This document shows, piece after piece, positions 12,451-25,600 of a DNA stretch of 64,000 nucleotides (within the stretch, counting starts at the first letter, position 1; each line of letters begins with the position of its first letter). The stretch covers positions 124,001 through 188,000 of the forward strand of contig JALDZX010000021.1 of assembly GCA_022813865.1 (NCBI GenBank). Direction: 5' to 3'. The stretch is from Xylographa opegraphella (taxonomy: Eukaryota). The notes below the pieces were generated by a model. The model did no database searches. It saw only the letters and a program-made list of their open reading frames with translations, and was not told the DNA's origin. A program made the position numbers and the translations under genes.

Positions 12451-14969
12451 CTAGATTGGGTAGTCGTGCACATCGTGGTGCTCGCTAGTAGACACAACGG
12501 TGCCGTACACTCGTATCGGAACAGCTACATCAAAAGACTCACATGAAAGTCTCTGTATGGCGGAGAAAGTTATTCCTCGTTCATCATTCCCTACTTCTTC
12601 CAGAAGCTCTGTGCTTTGAGGCTCTTCTTCTTTATGGGCACTTGTGACAAACTCGAAACGAAGTCTCCACTGAAGCTGTATGCCAGTCGTCAGAAATTCA
12701 GGCGCGACGTTGATTGGAATCATGGCACTAAAGATAACTTGTTCTGCAAACAGGGTGTCCTCTGAGGACGACGCATGGATGCGGCGCGTTGCACGGTGGA
12801 TGCTCGAGCTGGAACGCAAGGCTATCGAGGGATCGATAACTTCCGAAGTCTCAAGTGATATGTTCACAGAATAGGACTGAACATCGGCACCTCGGAAGTC
12901 TACAACGGCAGACACTGCCTCGCCCAGTCTGTACGCGGGGCGGGCTAGCAGAATGACTCCAACTTGCTGTCCACCACGTTGGATTTGAAATCGATTGGCA
13001 CTGCGCTTCGCAGCTGGCGCGTTGCCTCGAACTAGAGCTAGATCGATCAACTCTTTTGTTGAAATGTCTTCGTCGCGTCCGCCAAGCTGGAAACCTGGGG
13101 TAGTCGCTTCCGTGGGTGAAAGAAGGCCAAGACTGGAATTGCGCCGCGTGTTGTCTAGTAGGCTTTCGACATACGATAAAAAATCCTCGGGTGAGGAATC
13201 TGACCTCTTGAGAGAACGAGCTTCCACTGCACCATTTGTACGATCTATGTCGTTCTCAATAGGCTCTGAATACGCGGTGTTTTTCAAAATGATATGAGGT
13301 TGCATGAGATCATGACCAAGTATGTCACCGTTTCCTGCAAACACTCAGTATCTTACGAGATCTGAATAGGGAACACCTTACCGTTGACGCCAGCCAAGAC
13401 TCTGAAGGGAACGTCCACATGTTTGACAACGTGTTGTTGTGCAGCAGTTTGTGCTCTCTGTGTCCCAATAACGAGCTGGTAGACAACTTTCATAGCCTTA
13501 CCCTTGTGGGTAGGGGGTATGCCTCTGGGTAAACAATAAGTGTACTTGTAGCTTTTGCTTTCACCAGGGGCAAGTCTCAAGTCCACAAAGAGGATCGCTT
13601 GAGGGGTCGACAAGATAGGCACCGAGTTCGAATTGGCAATCCCCTTCATCTCTCGTATACTACTCGGCTCTGAATTGCCAAGAAGACCACCTAATGATTC
13701 ACCAATGCTACTCAATCCAAAAGCACCCAAAAGGCCAGTTTCTTTCTTGGGCGGTTCGACGCCCACTACACCTCCGCCGCCTTGCCCTCCAATGACCCCT
13801 TTTCGTTTCACGGTCTCGAAAGGCGCCAAATTTACGAGCGAGCCATCGAGAGTGAAAGATCCCATCACTTGTGCATATCCCATCATAATTGTTTCTGGCG
13901 GCCTAGTGTGACTTATGAATGGAGATAGGTGTAAAGGCTGACGTACATGGCCATTTCGTAGATTTTGCCGGCCAAAGCTTGGACTAATGTACTCCGAAGC
14001 TAGCGTTTCTGAAGAGTTGTTGCTCATAGTGTAAAGGTCAACACTACTTCTCGGGGTACCGCTGACACTGACTGGAGATACCACCTTAGGCACAGGCCGA
14101 GCCGGCTCGGCAGCCGTGAACTGCCTAGTATTGTAGAAATTTGGGGAAGCACCTGGAGTCGCTTGGGAGAACTTGTCCTGATATCCATTGGCCGTGGGAG
14201 ATGTTCGAGGGAATCTGAAGTTAGGAGAATTGGATTCTGTGCGAGTCTGCTGAGCTGCACCAAGCAATCGGCTTCCTGAAACTCTATCGCTAGAACTCTG
14301 GCGGCCTTGGATCGAGCCTTGCCGAGAGCGTGATTCTGAGTGAGAAGAGTTTGTGGCTGACCGTGACAGGCGAAATGGCATGCTGCTGGCTCGAGTACTC
14401 GAAGACTCCGCAAGTATCCCCAATGCATTAGGTAGTCCGGACGATCCATTATGGACAATCCGAGAGCTCAGTGGTGTAGGTTGTAGACTGGCTGAACGTC
14501 CATGCTGCCTCGGTGGAGGATTCCTTGCGGGTACGGGATTACTGGTCTTTGAATTCGGATCCTCAGTAGTGCTGTCATGGCTGATCGATATTATTGACAC
14601 CGATCTTTTATGTCTGCGGTTCGCTGAATCGGCGTTTTCGTGAACTTTATTGGATAGAGGAGGAGGTGCCCGATGCAAGACTCCGGTACTGGAGGTGTTC
14701 AAGGACAAGGTTGAGCGATGACCATGTCTGCTGGGACGACTGGCGCCCGGATTTGCTGCGTGTACAGCATCAATGTCTTGTTGCTGAGGACTATTGAGTT
14801 TCAACTGGTCTCTATTTTGCCCAACTCTTCGAGGTTGTATGTGCGGCGATGGGGAGCGGGAGTGGATATTTATTGAAGAGGTGTTCTTGAATGTAATTGT
14901 GCATTCGATATTCTCCCCTGCAAAAACGGTCGATTTCTGCCACTGCACTGACACTCGGATATTCGACAT
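12451..14969 (-). CDS. RGP1: Rgp1-family protein (Ric1-Rgp1 GEF subunit for Ypt6/Rab6), 2 exons
   Basis: N-terminal VFAGENIECTITFKN; MMGYAQVMGSFTLDGSLV; PILSTPQAILFVDLRLAPGESKSY; C-terminal LQWRLRFEFVT and ESFDVAVPIRVYG. Intron at about 13336-13381. Confidence 0.85.
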
Positions 14970-15424
14970 GTAAGGGAAATCGGGACCGTCAGAGCTCCGG
15001 TCTCACCGGTGCTGGGATGGCAGCTCATGAGATGGCCGTGTGTAGGCGCTATGGTGTTTGGTGTGTAAAGCCTGGCCGTTCCTCCCATAAAGAAAACTGC
15101 AAAGCACGGGCTAACTGGTGCGTAATGGCTTTGGTGACGATGGACATACTGGAGTAAGCCTTATCGATGATTGAACAGGACAACTAATGGTCTTCCAATT
15201 TACAAGTTCCATTATTATCAGATTGTAAGAACTTCCGGTGGATAGTTGCACACCTTGAACCTCTACATACACACCTTGGGACCCAAAACGCTCCGTATCT
15301 ATTGAAGCTTTATTTCTCTCATATAATGAAGTACGCATTGCTATATTAGCACAAATATTTTACATTATCGCTAAACAATTATCTTTTATCTTCACCATAC
15401 CAACCTCGACCATTGGTTAGGGCT

Positions 15425-16546
15425 TCATAGTATCCTATCTGACAAGGACCGCCTAACAAGCTGCTCCGCCTGAGCTACTCCCGTAGGAACTTTGACCAAG
15501 TCACCTGCAACTGCTGGAGCGACATCTGCTCCATTTACGTTCCGCGATCGAGCTCGAAGTTTCCCCCTTCCGGAGTCTGGATTATCGATCCGTCCAATCC
15601 CTAAATTTCTCCATTTCTTCGGCGGTTTGAGTCCAAGTTCCACCATCTGACCCCAAATCGCTTCTCCGCGCTTCTGCCATCTCTGACGACGACTAACATC
15701 CTCTTCGTCGTTCGGTCTCCATTTGCTCTTGAGAATCCTTCGGATTGCTTCTGGTGAAACCTTGAACTGTTCTGCAAGCACTGACGTGGAATAATCCTCC
15801 GGATACTGGGCGTGCAAAGCTCGAATTCCATCAAGAGCGTCTGGGGAGAGTCGTTTACGAGGCGTCCATCCCCGCTCACCGAATTTATGTTTTAGAGCTG
15901 TCTTCTGTACTCCCCAGGGCTCTTGAGGATTGTGCGGCCTCGGTCCTGCTGTCACTTTTTCTGCCGTAAACCTGTCACCTTTATCTTCTATATCACGCAT
16001 ATCTGTCGATACGTGACGACCAGAATGACTTCTCCCATTCTGCCTTGGTGATAACCGTTCTCGCTTGCCTTCAACTTCCCCGTCCGAAGACGATGTCTTG
16101 TCCTTCGGACGATCTCTTGCCACTCCGAGAGTCTTCGACTCAGTAGACAAAACAACATCTGGCTCATATACGTCCGTTTCAAGCAGGTCACTGTCTTCAG
16201 AGAGGCGATACTCTTTTTGCTTTCGTTCCGAGGTTTTCATTGTAGTAGGCGCGTGTCTCTTGGGTGGAATAGAAGCTGGAAACGTGGGTTGTGTGGTACT
16301 TGTAGAAGCAGTTGAAGTGATGAAGGGTATGTATGAGTGATCTGAGGTAGCCATTGGAGTAGCATCATTGACTCGCAGAGCTGTTGATTTTACGCTTGTC
16401 GAGCTGACCCGGAGAGAGGTCCCAGAATGTATAGCCCGGCGTTGAATTGTCTTTGGAGTGCTGCCTGATAGCAATGTTGCATTATGAGCTCCGAATACAC
16501 ACAGAAAAGATCGTAGAACGTCTAAGCGACACGCCGAGCAACCCAT
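15425..16546 (-). CDS. RRG9: Neugrin/Rrg9-family mitochondrial protein (required for respiratory growth)
   Basis: WGVQKTALKHKFG..WTPRKRLSPDALDGIRALHAQYP..LAEQFKVSPEAIRRILKSKWRP is the neugrin signature. Confidence 0.9.
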   Translation of the reverse strand: MGCSACRLDVLRSFLCVFGAHNATLLSGSTPKTIQRRAIHSGTSLRVSSTSVKSTALRVNDATPMATSDHSYIPFITSTASTSTTQPTFPASIPPKRHAPTTMKTSERKQKEYRLSEDSDLLETDVYEPDVVLSTESKTLGVARDRPKDKTSSSDGEVEGKRERLSPRQNGRSHSGRHVSTDMRDIEDKGDRFTAEKVTAGPRPHNPQEPWGVQKTALKHKFGERGWTPRKRLSPDALDGIRALHAQYPEDYSTSVLAEQFKVSPEAIRRILKSKWRPNDEEDVSRRQRWQKRGEAIWGQMVELGLKPPKKWRNLGIGRIDNPDSGRGKLRARSRNVNGADVAPAVAGDLVKVPTGVAQAEQLVRRSLSDRIL

Positions 16547-16732
16547 ATCAAATTAGGCAGTTTGATATAAAAGTTGTTAATATTGTATAACTGATCTCAA
16601 GTATTTCAAATTCAGCAAACCCAATTCGGTTAGCGCTATTGAGCACATCCGACTTCCAACCAGGACTCATCTTGACCCGCGCATTTGAGAATTCCTTCTT
16701 ATTCACCTCACAACCGCTGGAGCTCCTTCGCC

Positions 16733-17643
16733 ATGTTCTCTCGACAGGTCATCAGCGGAACTCTCCGCTTTAATGCTTCGAGGGGCATAATTAGCAGAGC
16801 TGGTGCCGCTTTCCCCTCGGCAAGAAGCTACGCAACACCAGCATCATCCACAAATTCTAAGCCTCCGGTGGCCGTATACGGTCTTGACGGCACCTACGCC
16901 AGTGCTCTTGCAAGTCTTCCTGCTCTGCAAATCAATTTTCGCCATCCCCCCGATCCCAATGGCAGCCAATGCATCTCCCGAGCTAACCATTCTCCAGTAC
17001 ACCGCAGCCGCGAAAACCTCCGCTCTCGAAAGCGCCTCGAAAGCGCTCGCCACTCTCTCCGACGTCTTCAAGAAAGATCCCAAGCTAGTCGTCATACTCA
17101 CCGCGCCCACACTGTCGCCTGGCGACAAGAGCCAGATCATTCAAGAGCTACAGCGGCACACAGGCGGCCAGGACAAGGGTGATATTGTCAAGAACTTCTT
17201 ACAGACGCTTGCGGAGCACAATCGGCTGGGGCTACTGGAGGGGGTTTGTGAGAAGTTCGGGACCCTGATGGGTGCTTCCAGAGGGGAGGTGGACTTGACG
17301 GTTACAAGTGCCGCTGTGAGTACAGGTGATCATGCGGGTTCTCGAAGTTGAGGACTTAATATCGGGTGACACAGAAACTTGACGACAAAACGCTTAAGCG
17401 ACTGGAGACGGCTGTGGCCAAATCGGAATATAGCCAGGGCAAAAAACTCAAGGTTGTTACCAAGGTGCGCTAAGAATTTAGAGACTTTTTGTATAAGAGA
17501 TGATCGTGCTCGTACTGACTTATTTTCAGGTCAACCCGGACATCAAAGGTGGCCTGATAGTGGAAATTGGGGACCGGACCATCGATCTGAGCGTCTCGTC
17601 GAAGATCGCGAAGATGAACAAACTTTTGACCGATGCGCTGTGA
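16733..17643 (+). CDS. ATP5: ATP synthase OSCP (subunit 5), mitochondrial, 4 exons, first intron GC-AG
   Basis: PPVAVYGLDGTYASAL|YTAAAK, NFLQTLAEHNRLGLL and VNPDIKGGLIVEIGDRTIDLSVSSKIAKMNKLL. Confidence 0.96.
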
Positions 17644-18118
17644 GATTGTGTAGGCTCTAGGTCAAACTTTTCTCTCACATCCTTGTCCCCGAAACCTGAA
17701 TTTGTACGAACAAATACGGGGTTTGTAGATAGATATCGCTGTTGCACCAAATGTAGTCATTATGCTAGGAAAGTTGAGGTTTAACCATGCGTCGTGTCAG
17801 ATTGGGTCTTGATGTGTATGCTGAAACCCAAGGGAAGCAATGAAACGAGAACGTGCGCTTGTGGCTCTAATTCTAAGTCTAATCTAAGTCTATAATATGT
17901 ACGTCTTGGTAGCAATTCCAAACTGTTTATGGACAGCGCTCGTGGCTAGGAGTAAAGAAGCAAACTGGTAGCGCCTCGGACGCAAGTGTAAAGGCAGTTG
18001 CCAAAAACCCGCCGTCTCAACCTGCTTGGGATTGTCTAGCCTGACAGAAGAGTCAAATCGAATGCTATCCGCACAGGCATGATTTGCAGGAATAGAGTAA
18101 CGATGCATCTATAAGCGG

Positions 18119-21100
18119 TCACTGTCCATCCAGCTGCGCCTCAAACTCGTCTTCGTACGTAGTCAACTCCGTAGAATCATGGCTTTTGATGCGCTCGAGC
18201 TGGTCATTAACGTATTTTGCGATGTGTTCGTTTGCCTCGGCCTGATCATCGTCTTCACCATTTTCACTGTCACCGAGAGTGACGGAGTTCACCATCGATC
18301 GTATCTCCTCTGCGTCGTCTCCGTTGGTCGAAGTAGCAAAGCTGCTGCGATTGCCAATGGATCTGTTAGTAGACGAGCGTCTGAAATGGTGAGGTTTTCC
18401 GTTTGCTGGCTTTGCAGAGTGAGAGAAAATATCATCAAAGTAATGAGCAGCTGCGGTAGATGGCGTACGTGGTGTTTGAGGGAGACGGCAATTGATCCTA
18501 GAGATGAACGATTAGTTTCCAGCTCGTGTTACTCGAAAAGGATGCTCCATACCCGGTGTCGTGGATCATCTTGGCTACCAGTCCTGACCAACCACATTGG
18601 TGGGTTGCGCCAAGACCTCTGCCACTGTCTCCATCAAAGAACTCATAAAACCAGAGGTAGTCCTTCCAGTGTGGGTCATGGTCCAGCATGTCATTACCGT
18701 CGTTGACGGCTCTACGACCATCATCTCCACGCACAAAGAGATGCTGGAGGCGGTGCTGGAGCTCCTCTGCAACATGCCCTAAATGCATGTAATCACCCGA
18801 ACCCGTCGGGCACTCAATCTGCAACGATTTGCCATAAAACATGTAGAACCGGAGAAGAGATTCAACCAGAAGGAAGTTGACGCATAGCCAGATGGGGCCT
18901 CGCCAATTGCTGTTTCCGCCGAATAGCCCGCTATCCGAGTCTCCAGGAACGTAACTGACCTTGAATTCCTGACCGTTCACATCCATGGAGTATGGGTGTT
19001 CGTCGTGGAACTTCGAAAGAGAGCGAATTCCATGGTCGGAGAGAAATTCCGTTTCGTCAAGCATTCTTGCGAGTATTTTAACGAGTCGATCCTTACTGAC
19101 CAAGGATAGGAGCAGACGATCGTCTTTACCACGACGCTTCATACTTGCTATATTACGCTCCGCAACATCATTGCGGTTCTCAATGAACCATTCCATACGT
19201 TTTTTGAAGGACGGGAATTTGTTGACGAGTTCCGGCTCTAGCGTGAGAACAGCAAAAAGAGGGATGAGTCCGACCAGAGAGCGTACCGGAAGCTGCTGCT
19301 TCCAGGGACCTCCCCATGAGATAGCATCGTAATAGAAGCTATAAGAGATATATCAGCATCGATTGTGATGAGGTGCAGAGTTGTACAAACCCATCTTCGT
19401 CGTTCCAGAGAGAACTCTCCGCGTCATCGGATTTGAATGACATTGCATCGCTGATAAGGATGAAGTGTTCGAAGAATTTGGATGCAACTGAGATTAGATT
19501 AGAACTCGGACCTCAAGTGTATCACCAAGTACTACTAACTGTCCTCGTAGATTCTACGATGCTTTGCAAGCTCAAGGGCAATGTTCAACATGCATAAGGA
19601 GTAGAATGCCATCCAGCCCGTACTGTCCGCTTGTTCCAGAACGCCACCAGTAGGCAAGGCTTCTGAACGGTTGAAGAGTCCGATATTGTCAAGTCCAAGA
19701 AAGCCTCCTTCGAAAACGTTCTTGCCGTCCATATCTTTGCGATTGACCCACCAGGTAAAATTCAACAAAAGTTTCTGAAAGACGCGCTCCAGGAAATCTA
19801 GATCTTGACGACCGTACATCTTTCGCTCGATCTTGAAGGTTCTGAATACCGACCAGGCATGTACGGGAGGATTGACATCACCGAAGTTCCATTCGTACGC
19901 GGGAATTTGACCGTTAGGATGCATATACCATTCTCGAGTAAGGATATCCAGTTGCTTCTTTGCAAATTCAGGGTCCACCATTGCCAAAGGAATGCAGTGA
20001 AATGCTGTATCCCATGCTGCAAAGAAAGGATATTCCCAGGAGTCCGGCATTGAGAGGATATCGTCAAGATACATGTGTTTCCAATTCTTGTTTCGCACGG
20101 CTTTACGTCCTGGCGGAGGTGGTGGCATAGCTGGGTCGCCATTGGCCCACTGTTCCCAGATGAAATGGTAGTGCTGTTTCGTCCAAAGCATCCCAGAAAG
20201 CGCCTGCCGTTGAATGTTTCGCAAATCATCGGCCATGGGAAGTGGGCTGATGCGATAGTAGAATTCGTCAGCTTCCTGTCGTCTTTGCTCGATTATGTCA
20301 TCAAAAAGCTCCTCGTCCAGGTAGCCCTCGTACTTCTTGGAGAGTCTGAATCGAACCACCGCGCACTCTCCGGGAGCAACCCCCTCGCCTTCATCGAAAG
20401 CATACCATGCTGCGCTTTTCGTACCTCTACAATGAGGATTTATAGCTCCCCGTTGACCGTCGACAATAGCACGATGAAAGGCATCTTTCACATATGGCTG
20501 AACGTTGTTGGTACCATAAAGTGCTTTATAATTCGTGTCATTTTCTGTGAAAAGCATCTGGGGTTGCACATCTTGTCCGCTTGGACCAGTACCTGGCGAA
20601 GGCGAAAGCTGGAAGAATCTATCACCCAACTTCCAATGCTTCGACTGGGCAGTCATAGGTGCTATCTGACGAATTGAAGGTTTCTTCGCCCCTTTTTCAT
20701 GGCCCCAGGCCCATGTATTCCTAAACCACACATGAGGCACAATATGTAGTGGGGCAGCCTCGGGACCACGATTATAGGCTGTCACCCTGAACAGAAGTTC
20801 TTCTGGGTCATCCGCGTCCTTTGCAGTCTCAATGAAGATATCCCAATACCGGTTATCGGCGAAGGCATCCGTATCAAGTATCTGGTACTCCTTCTCCTGC
20901 TTTCCGCGTTTGGCATTTTCCGTTATGAGGTCCTCGTATGGAAACTTCTTCTGGGGATATTTGTAAAGATACTTCATGTAAGAGTGCTGTGATTCACAAG
21001 TCAGTTTATGACATTTAAGGAGTTCGCAAAACTTACAGTGGGAGTATTGTCGAGATGAAAGTGAGCCTCCTTGATACTTTCACCGTGGTTTCCTTGGGGA

Positions 21101-21628
21101 TTCGACAGCCCAAACAGCCGTTCCTTGAGGAAGTCACTAAGACCCATCAGTTGCATGGCTGTGTGCAGTGCTCTTGGGACATACTCTTTCTCGTTCCAAA
21201 ACGCAAAAGCCACATTTTGAAGACCATGCGAATCGCATACACCTGCGATACCGTCCTCACCCCAACGGAAGGTCCTCCTTCGGGCATCATCGTGTGTGAA
21301 ATCTGTTTGGGCTTAATCCCGCGATCATCGCAACTGAACTAACAGAGATAACTCACGACTCCAAGCATCGCCGTTCTCACTGAGTCCAATGAGCAAAAGA
21401 CAGCGGAAATGATACAATGCTAAAACTCACGAGTAGTCCTCTCTCACTAGGATACGAGCGCAATTAGCTCTTACAGCTACTTGCAAGGACATGACATGGC
21501 ATACCTGTCGCCCATTGCCTTTCAGCCACATATGGGCCCCATTTCTTCCAGTACTTCTTACGCTCGCGGTCTTCCTTAAGACGCTTTTCCTCGACGCACA
21601 GGTATTCGTGGTGGTCGACAACAACCAT
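18119..21628 (-). CDS. Glycoside hydrolase family 63-like (alpha/alpha)6 glycosidase (YMR196W-like), multi-exon
   Basis: [95 protein letters not shown] and [24 protein letters not shown]; ends EFEAQLDGQ*. Confidence 0.9.
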
Positions 21629-22059
21629 GATTGGTTAGTGGGGGAGGAGGGGGGCAGACTTTTTTTTGGAATGCCGCTCCGGGAAAGTCAGGTTAGGAAA
21701 TTTTGTAAAAGAGTGTCATAGAATAGAACAATTAGGGATACTCATAGTGCATTCGGTCTCAAACCGTGAAGGATCTCCGTGAAAGGTGGCAGCGGAAGGA
21801 GGCGCAGATTTTGACAGGCGTTGACTCCAGTTTTAAACAATATGCGATCACGGAATTTGTTGGTCGTACCTTATCGGCGCGGACCAGTCAGAGCTCTTTC
21901 CTGCCAGGTTGTGTGAGCAGGGATCCCGCCCTAGCATAAATGTCCGGCCCACTCCGAGTGGCTTGCATGAAGCTTCGTTTGACGACACCACTTCCCCAAC
22001 CATAAGGTAGTCTTCATACACACAACCCTTCTCAGTCGTGCTATTACTCAAGCCTCAAT

Positions 22060-22662
22060 ATGTCTGACGACGAAGAGCGTGAGACAAAACCCTTCAAGTT
22101 TGTCACAGGTAGTAGTCCAATTTGTATGCTTTCGAGCTCCGCTAACAGGCTATAGCTGGTACGTATCTGCCCCAGTGCAGTGCTCAACAAAAGGCGCCCA
22201 TTCACGTATCTCCGTTGTGGCGACAATGATATTTTTTCCCATTCAACCCTCAGTCGGCTAATACTGTTCCTACTCGTCAGGCTTTGACGCCCGTTTTCCC
22301 AACCAGAACCAGTGAGTCGCATCTATTGTGCCCACCATGTCAGAATGCAATCAAGGATCTAACAGTGTCGTAGGACCAAGCACTGCTGGCAAAATTACGT
22401 CGACTATCACAAGTGCATCTTAGCGAAAGGCGAGGACTTTGCTCCATGCCGCCAAGTATGTCGGACAGCTATGTTACGAAGTATCCTTTACTAAACAAAG
22501 ACGCCTCAGTTCTTTCTGGCTTACCGCTCCCTCTGCCCCAGCGCCTGGTGTGAGCGATGGGATGACCAAAGAGGTAAGTTCGGCCCAAACACACATTACC
22601 CAGCCATTTGCTGACAATGGCCACCAGAAAAGGGCACTTTCCCTACTCGTCTAGATGCATAG
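22060..22662 (+). CDS. COX12: Cytochrome c oxidase subunit VIb (Cox12), 6 exons including a 3-nt micro-exon; absent from the ORF track
   Basis: Manual splicing gives MSDDEERETKPFKFVTAGFDARFPNQNQTKHCWQNYVDYHKCILAKGEDFAPCRQFFLAYRSLCPSAWCERWDDQREKGTFPTRLDA*, with the Cx9C/Cx10C cysteine pattern. Confidence 0.95.
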
Positions 22663-25600
22663 TCGAATCAACTCTTATACTTGATAATTTTGATGGCATG
22701 CTTTTCCCAAAATCAAACTCTGAATGATATGTTATATACCAGAGGAAAGTGGTTCGCCTCAGGATCAACTGCAAATCTTGGATTGGAGTAGTGTGGTGGT
22801 GGGGCTGCAAAGTCCAAATAACCTCTGAGGAACATTATGGATCACAGTCGATATGTACTTCGTCGACACTCTCATTCCGATGGGTCTATTCTAGGAAATC
22901 CTGCCATATCAATACGCCTCCCACTATCCGTTCTGGGTCTCCCACAGACACTCCGCTCTCCAAGCTTGAGGCCTGGTTCTCCTCTACGCTCGTCTTCTTA
23001 TTCTTTGTCTTGTGTGAAAACCGGCAGGAATGGCAGCATGATGATACCCCTTTCATGTATTCGTCTCCAATCGTCCAATCCTACATATAACGTTATTGCT
23101 TCGTAAAGGTCGTTCATTTGAACCCGGGACTTATATCACTATATAGTAGGACGTGAACATTTGGAGGTTTTGTATATAGTATTACAAGCCTGGTGCTTGA
23201 CCTAGAACTAAGAAAGCTATGTCTAACTTTAAAAAAGGAACGGTTTCCACCTGTTCCTATTGTGCAATGGTTTTTTAAGGCTCGCAGAAAGCTGACCGTA
23301 GAACCATCGTCACCTGGCATATTTTTTCTGATTCTCGACGACCCGAATGTCCGGATCTGATAGGCATGAAGTTAGCCACTCTTCCACATGAAACGCTGAC
23401 AATAGAATGGACAATAATTGTGCACATAATCAGGTCCATAGCCCGGTCAAGGGCCATCTCATCAATGCTAACTTGTAGCTATGCCGACCGTCGTGAGAGT
23501 TTGGAGTTTGTTCATCATGTTGGTAACAATATTGCAGAAGAAAATCGAGAGTGGGTCTTACCTTGGGCGGTAACACCAACAAGAAAGTTGGCAGCTCTGT
23601 GTACAATGTGCGAGTCGCTAATGCGTTATATTGTTGAATGTCATCCTTGCAATGATCTGTGACATGTTGAGCATATTGTTTTGGCTATCGGTACTAATTA
23701 GAGCCTTAATCAATTAGTGCATTGAAAACCAAATATATATCCAACAGAGAATTGTAAGCTCTGATTTAGTGAAGTCAGTCAAGACAGTGTCGTCAACGCA
23801 AGCGGTCAAGCAAGCTTGGACATATGCTTGTCAATTGATAAGTCAGATCATCATATTGGGCAGAGTTGGAGAAACCGATAGGAATAACCTCACCATATAA
23901 CACGGGCAATACTTCCCGAGATTGGTACGGAAAAATGGCTCGAAGTCTGAGTTTGACGACACAATAAAAACGATAACATCATTAATCTGATATGCCCTCC
24001 TTAAAGATTCAACCCAGCCTCTGTCACAGCAGGCCTTTCCAACATCAGTTGCTCGAATAAAGAGTTGCCCGAGATATGAAACTGATAGATCGGTCGAAGA
24101 CGCTGCAGCGATATGCATTCGGACAATATTTCTACTTTCATAAGTAGGGCTGCTTATAAACTCCTCGGGTCTGTCGAGGAACTTGATAGACTCTTCTGTT
24201 GTTCTCATGGATAAGGTCTGCCACAAATTGCACTCGAGCTAACGTCGACCAAGTCAAAACTGTCATGGACTTTGACTGAGCTCTGGACCACGTAGGTGCG
24301 AGTTGTTTCTTGCGGTACTGCTTGAGAGACGATCAGCTTTGTACAATAGATATAACGTGATCCAAAGTAAACTGGTTGAGTGCGTCAGATATGCATGAAT
24401 GGTATAATAAAAATGTTGTCAACATCGGAAACCCGAATCAGACTCGTCATCTAGGTGTTCATCATGGAAAAGCTTTTGGACTCGAGATTTGTGACTTACT
24501 TACAGTTGAAACAGCTTGCAGGGTTCATTATGAATAGTGTAATGGTAACCAAAGCCAACTATAAACCTGGAGGTGTATGAGTACGGTCATCTGATCATGA
24601 ATTATATTAGTTAACTAAATATAGAACTTTGAGGTTTGAGCAGGAGATGAGGTCGTTGAATCAGTGGGCGAGGTTTTCTAGGCCTGCCACAAAAGGCATC
24701 TCCTGTCACGAGTCGGACCAGCTTATTGCTAGGTGCCGTCGGAGCCCAGTGCCATTCATCCTGTGATGATAATTGAGACGAAAAAGAACTGCTTTGTACT
24801 CTGTACCTTACAGCTTCCAGCTTCCAGCGGACAGATATCATGCGATACATGATGAGTGCCGATAGTGTGTGAACAGTAGACGTTCCGGTTATCGAAAAGT
24901 CAACTGAAGGAATTGGCGCTACCAGCAATGATATTCCTCATCTCCACGAGTTGGAAAATTGGAATGGTCATGATACGAGGATCTTGACATTCTTGCGAAA
25001 CTGTACCAAATACATGATATGAAGCGAGTTATACGGATAACGCGTTCGAAACTATGCGATCGAGCAATCGTTAGCATGCTCATAGTCGTTATCGGATGTT
25101 GTCGAGTGCATCAAGTAGGAACAAGAGCTCAGGAATAGCCATTTATTGTCGTCGACGACCATTAAGGCCTCAGTCGGTAATTTCCAGCGTGTTAGACACG
25201 AAAAATCATCATTGCTCTTGGAACTGGAGGAAGGTGTTCGATTGATCGTAAGGAGCATATCGTACTAACCAGCCGGCATTACAAAGAGCTCAGAGGATCA
25301 TGTTCCTCTCTGCCATTGATATGAGTCGTGATAATTTGAGCTTGTGGCAGGGTTTCATTTGGGGGAATTGTCCGGGGGTTCCGCTTGCCCAATGACTATG
25401 AGCTGTTCTGGAGTCAGTAACCATGCTGAAGTGTGGAAACAAGTGTTGAAGAATGAGGTGATAAGTATATCAGACTGACGTAGCAAGAAGTTTCATTCCC
25501 CGAAAGGTCAAAGACTCTAGTTTGATTGCGGTTTTGCGAGTTTTCCTCATTTGCGGTAAAAGAAGTAAAGGACAGAATGAGAAATGGTACGTACCCTAGA

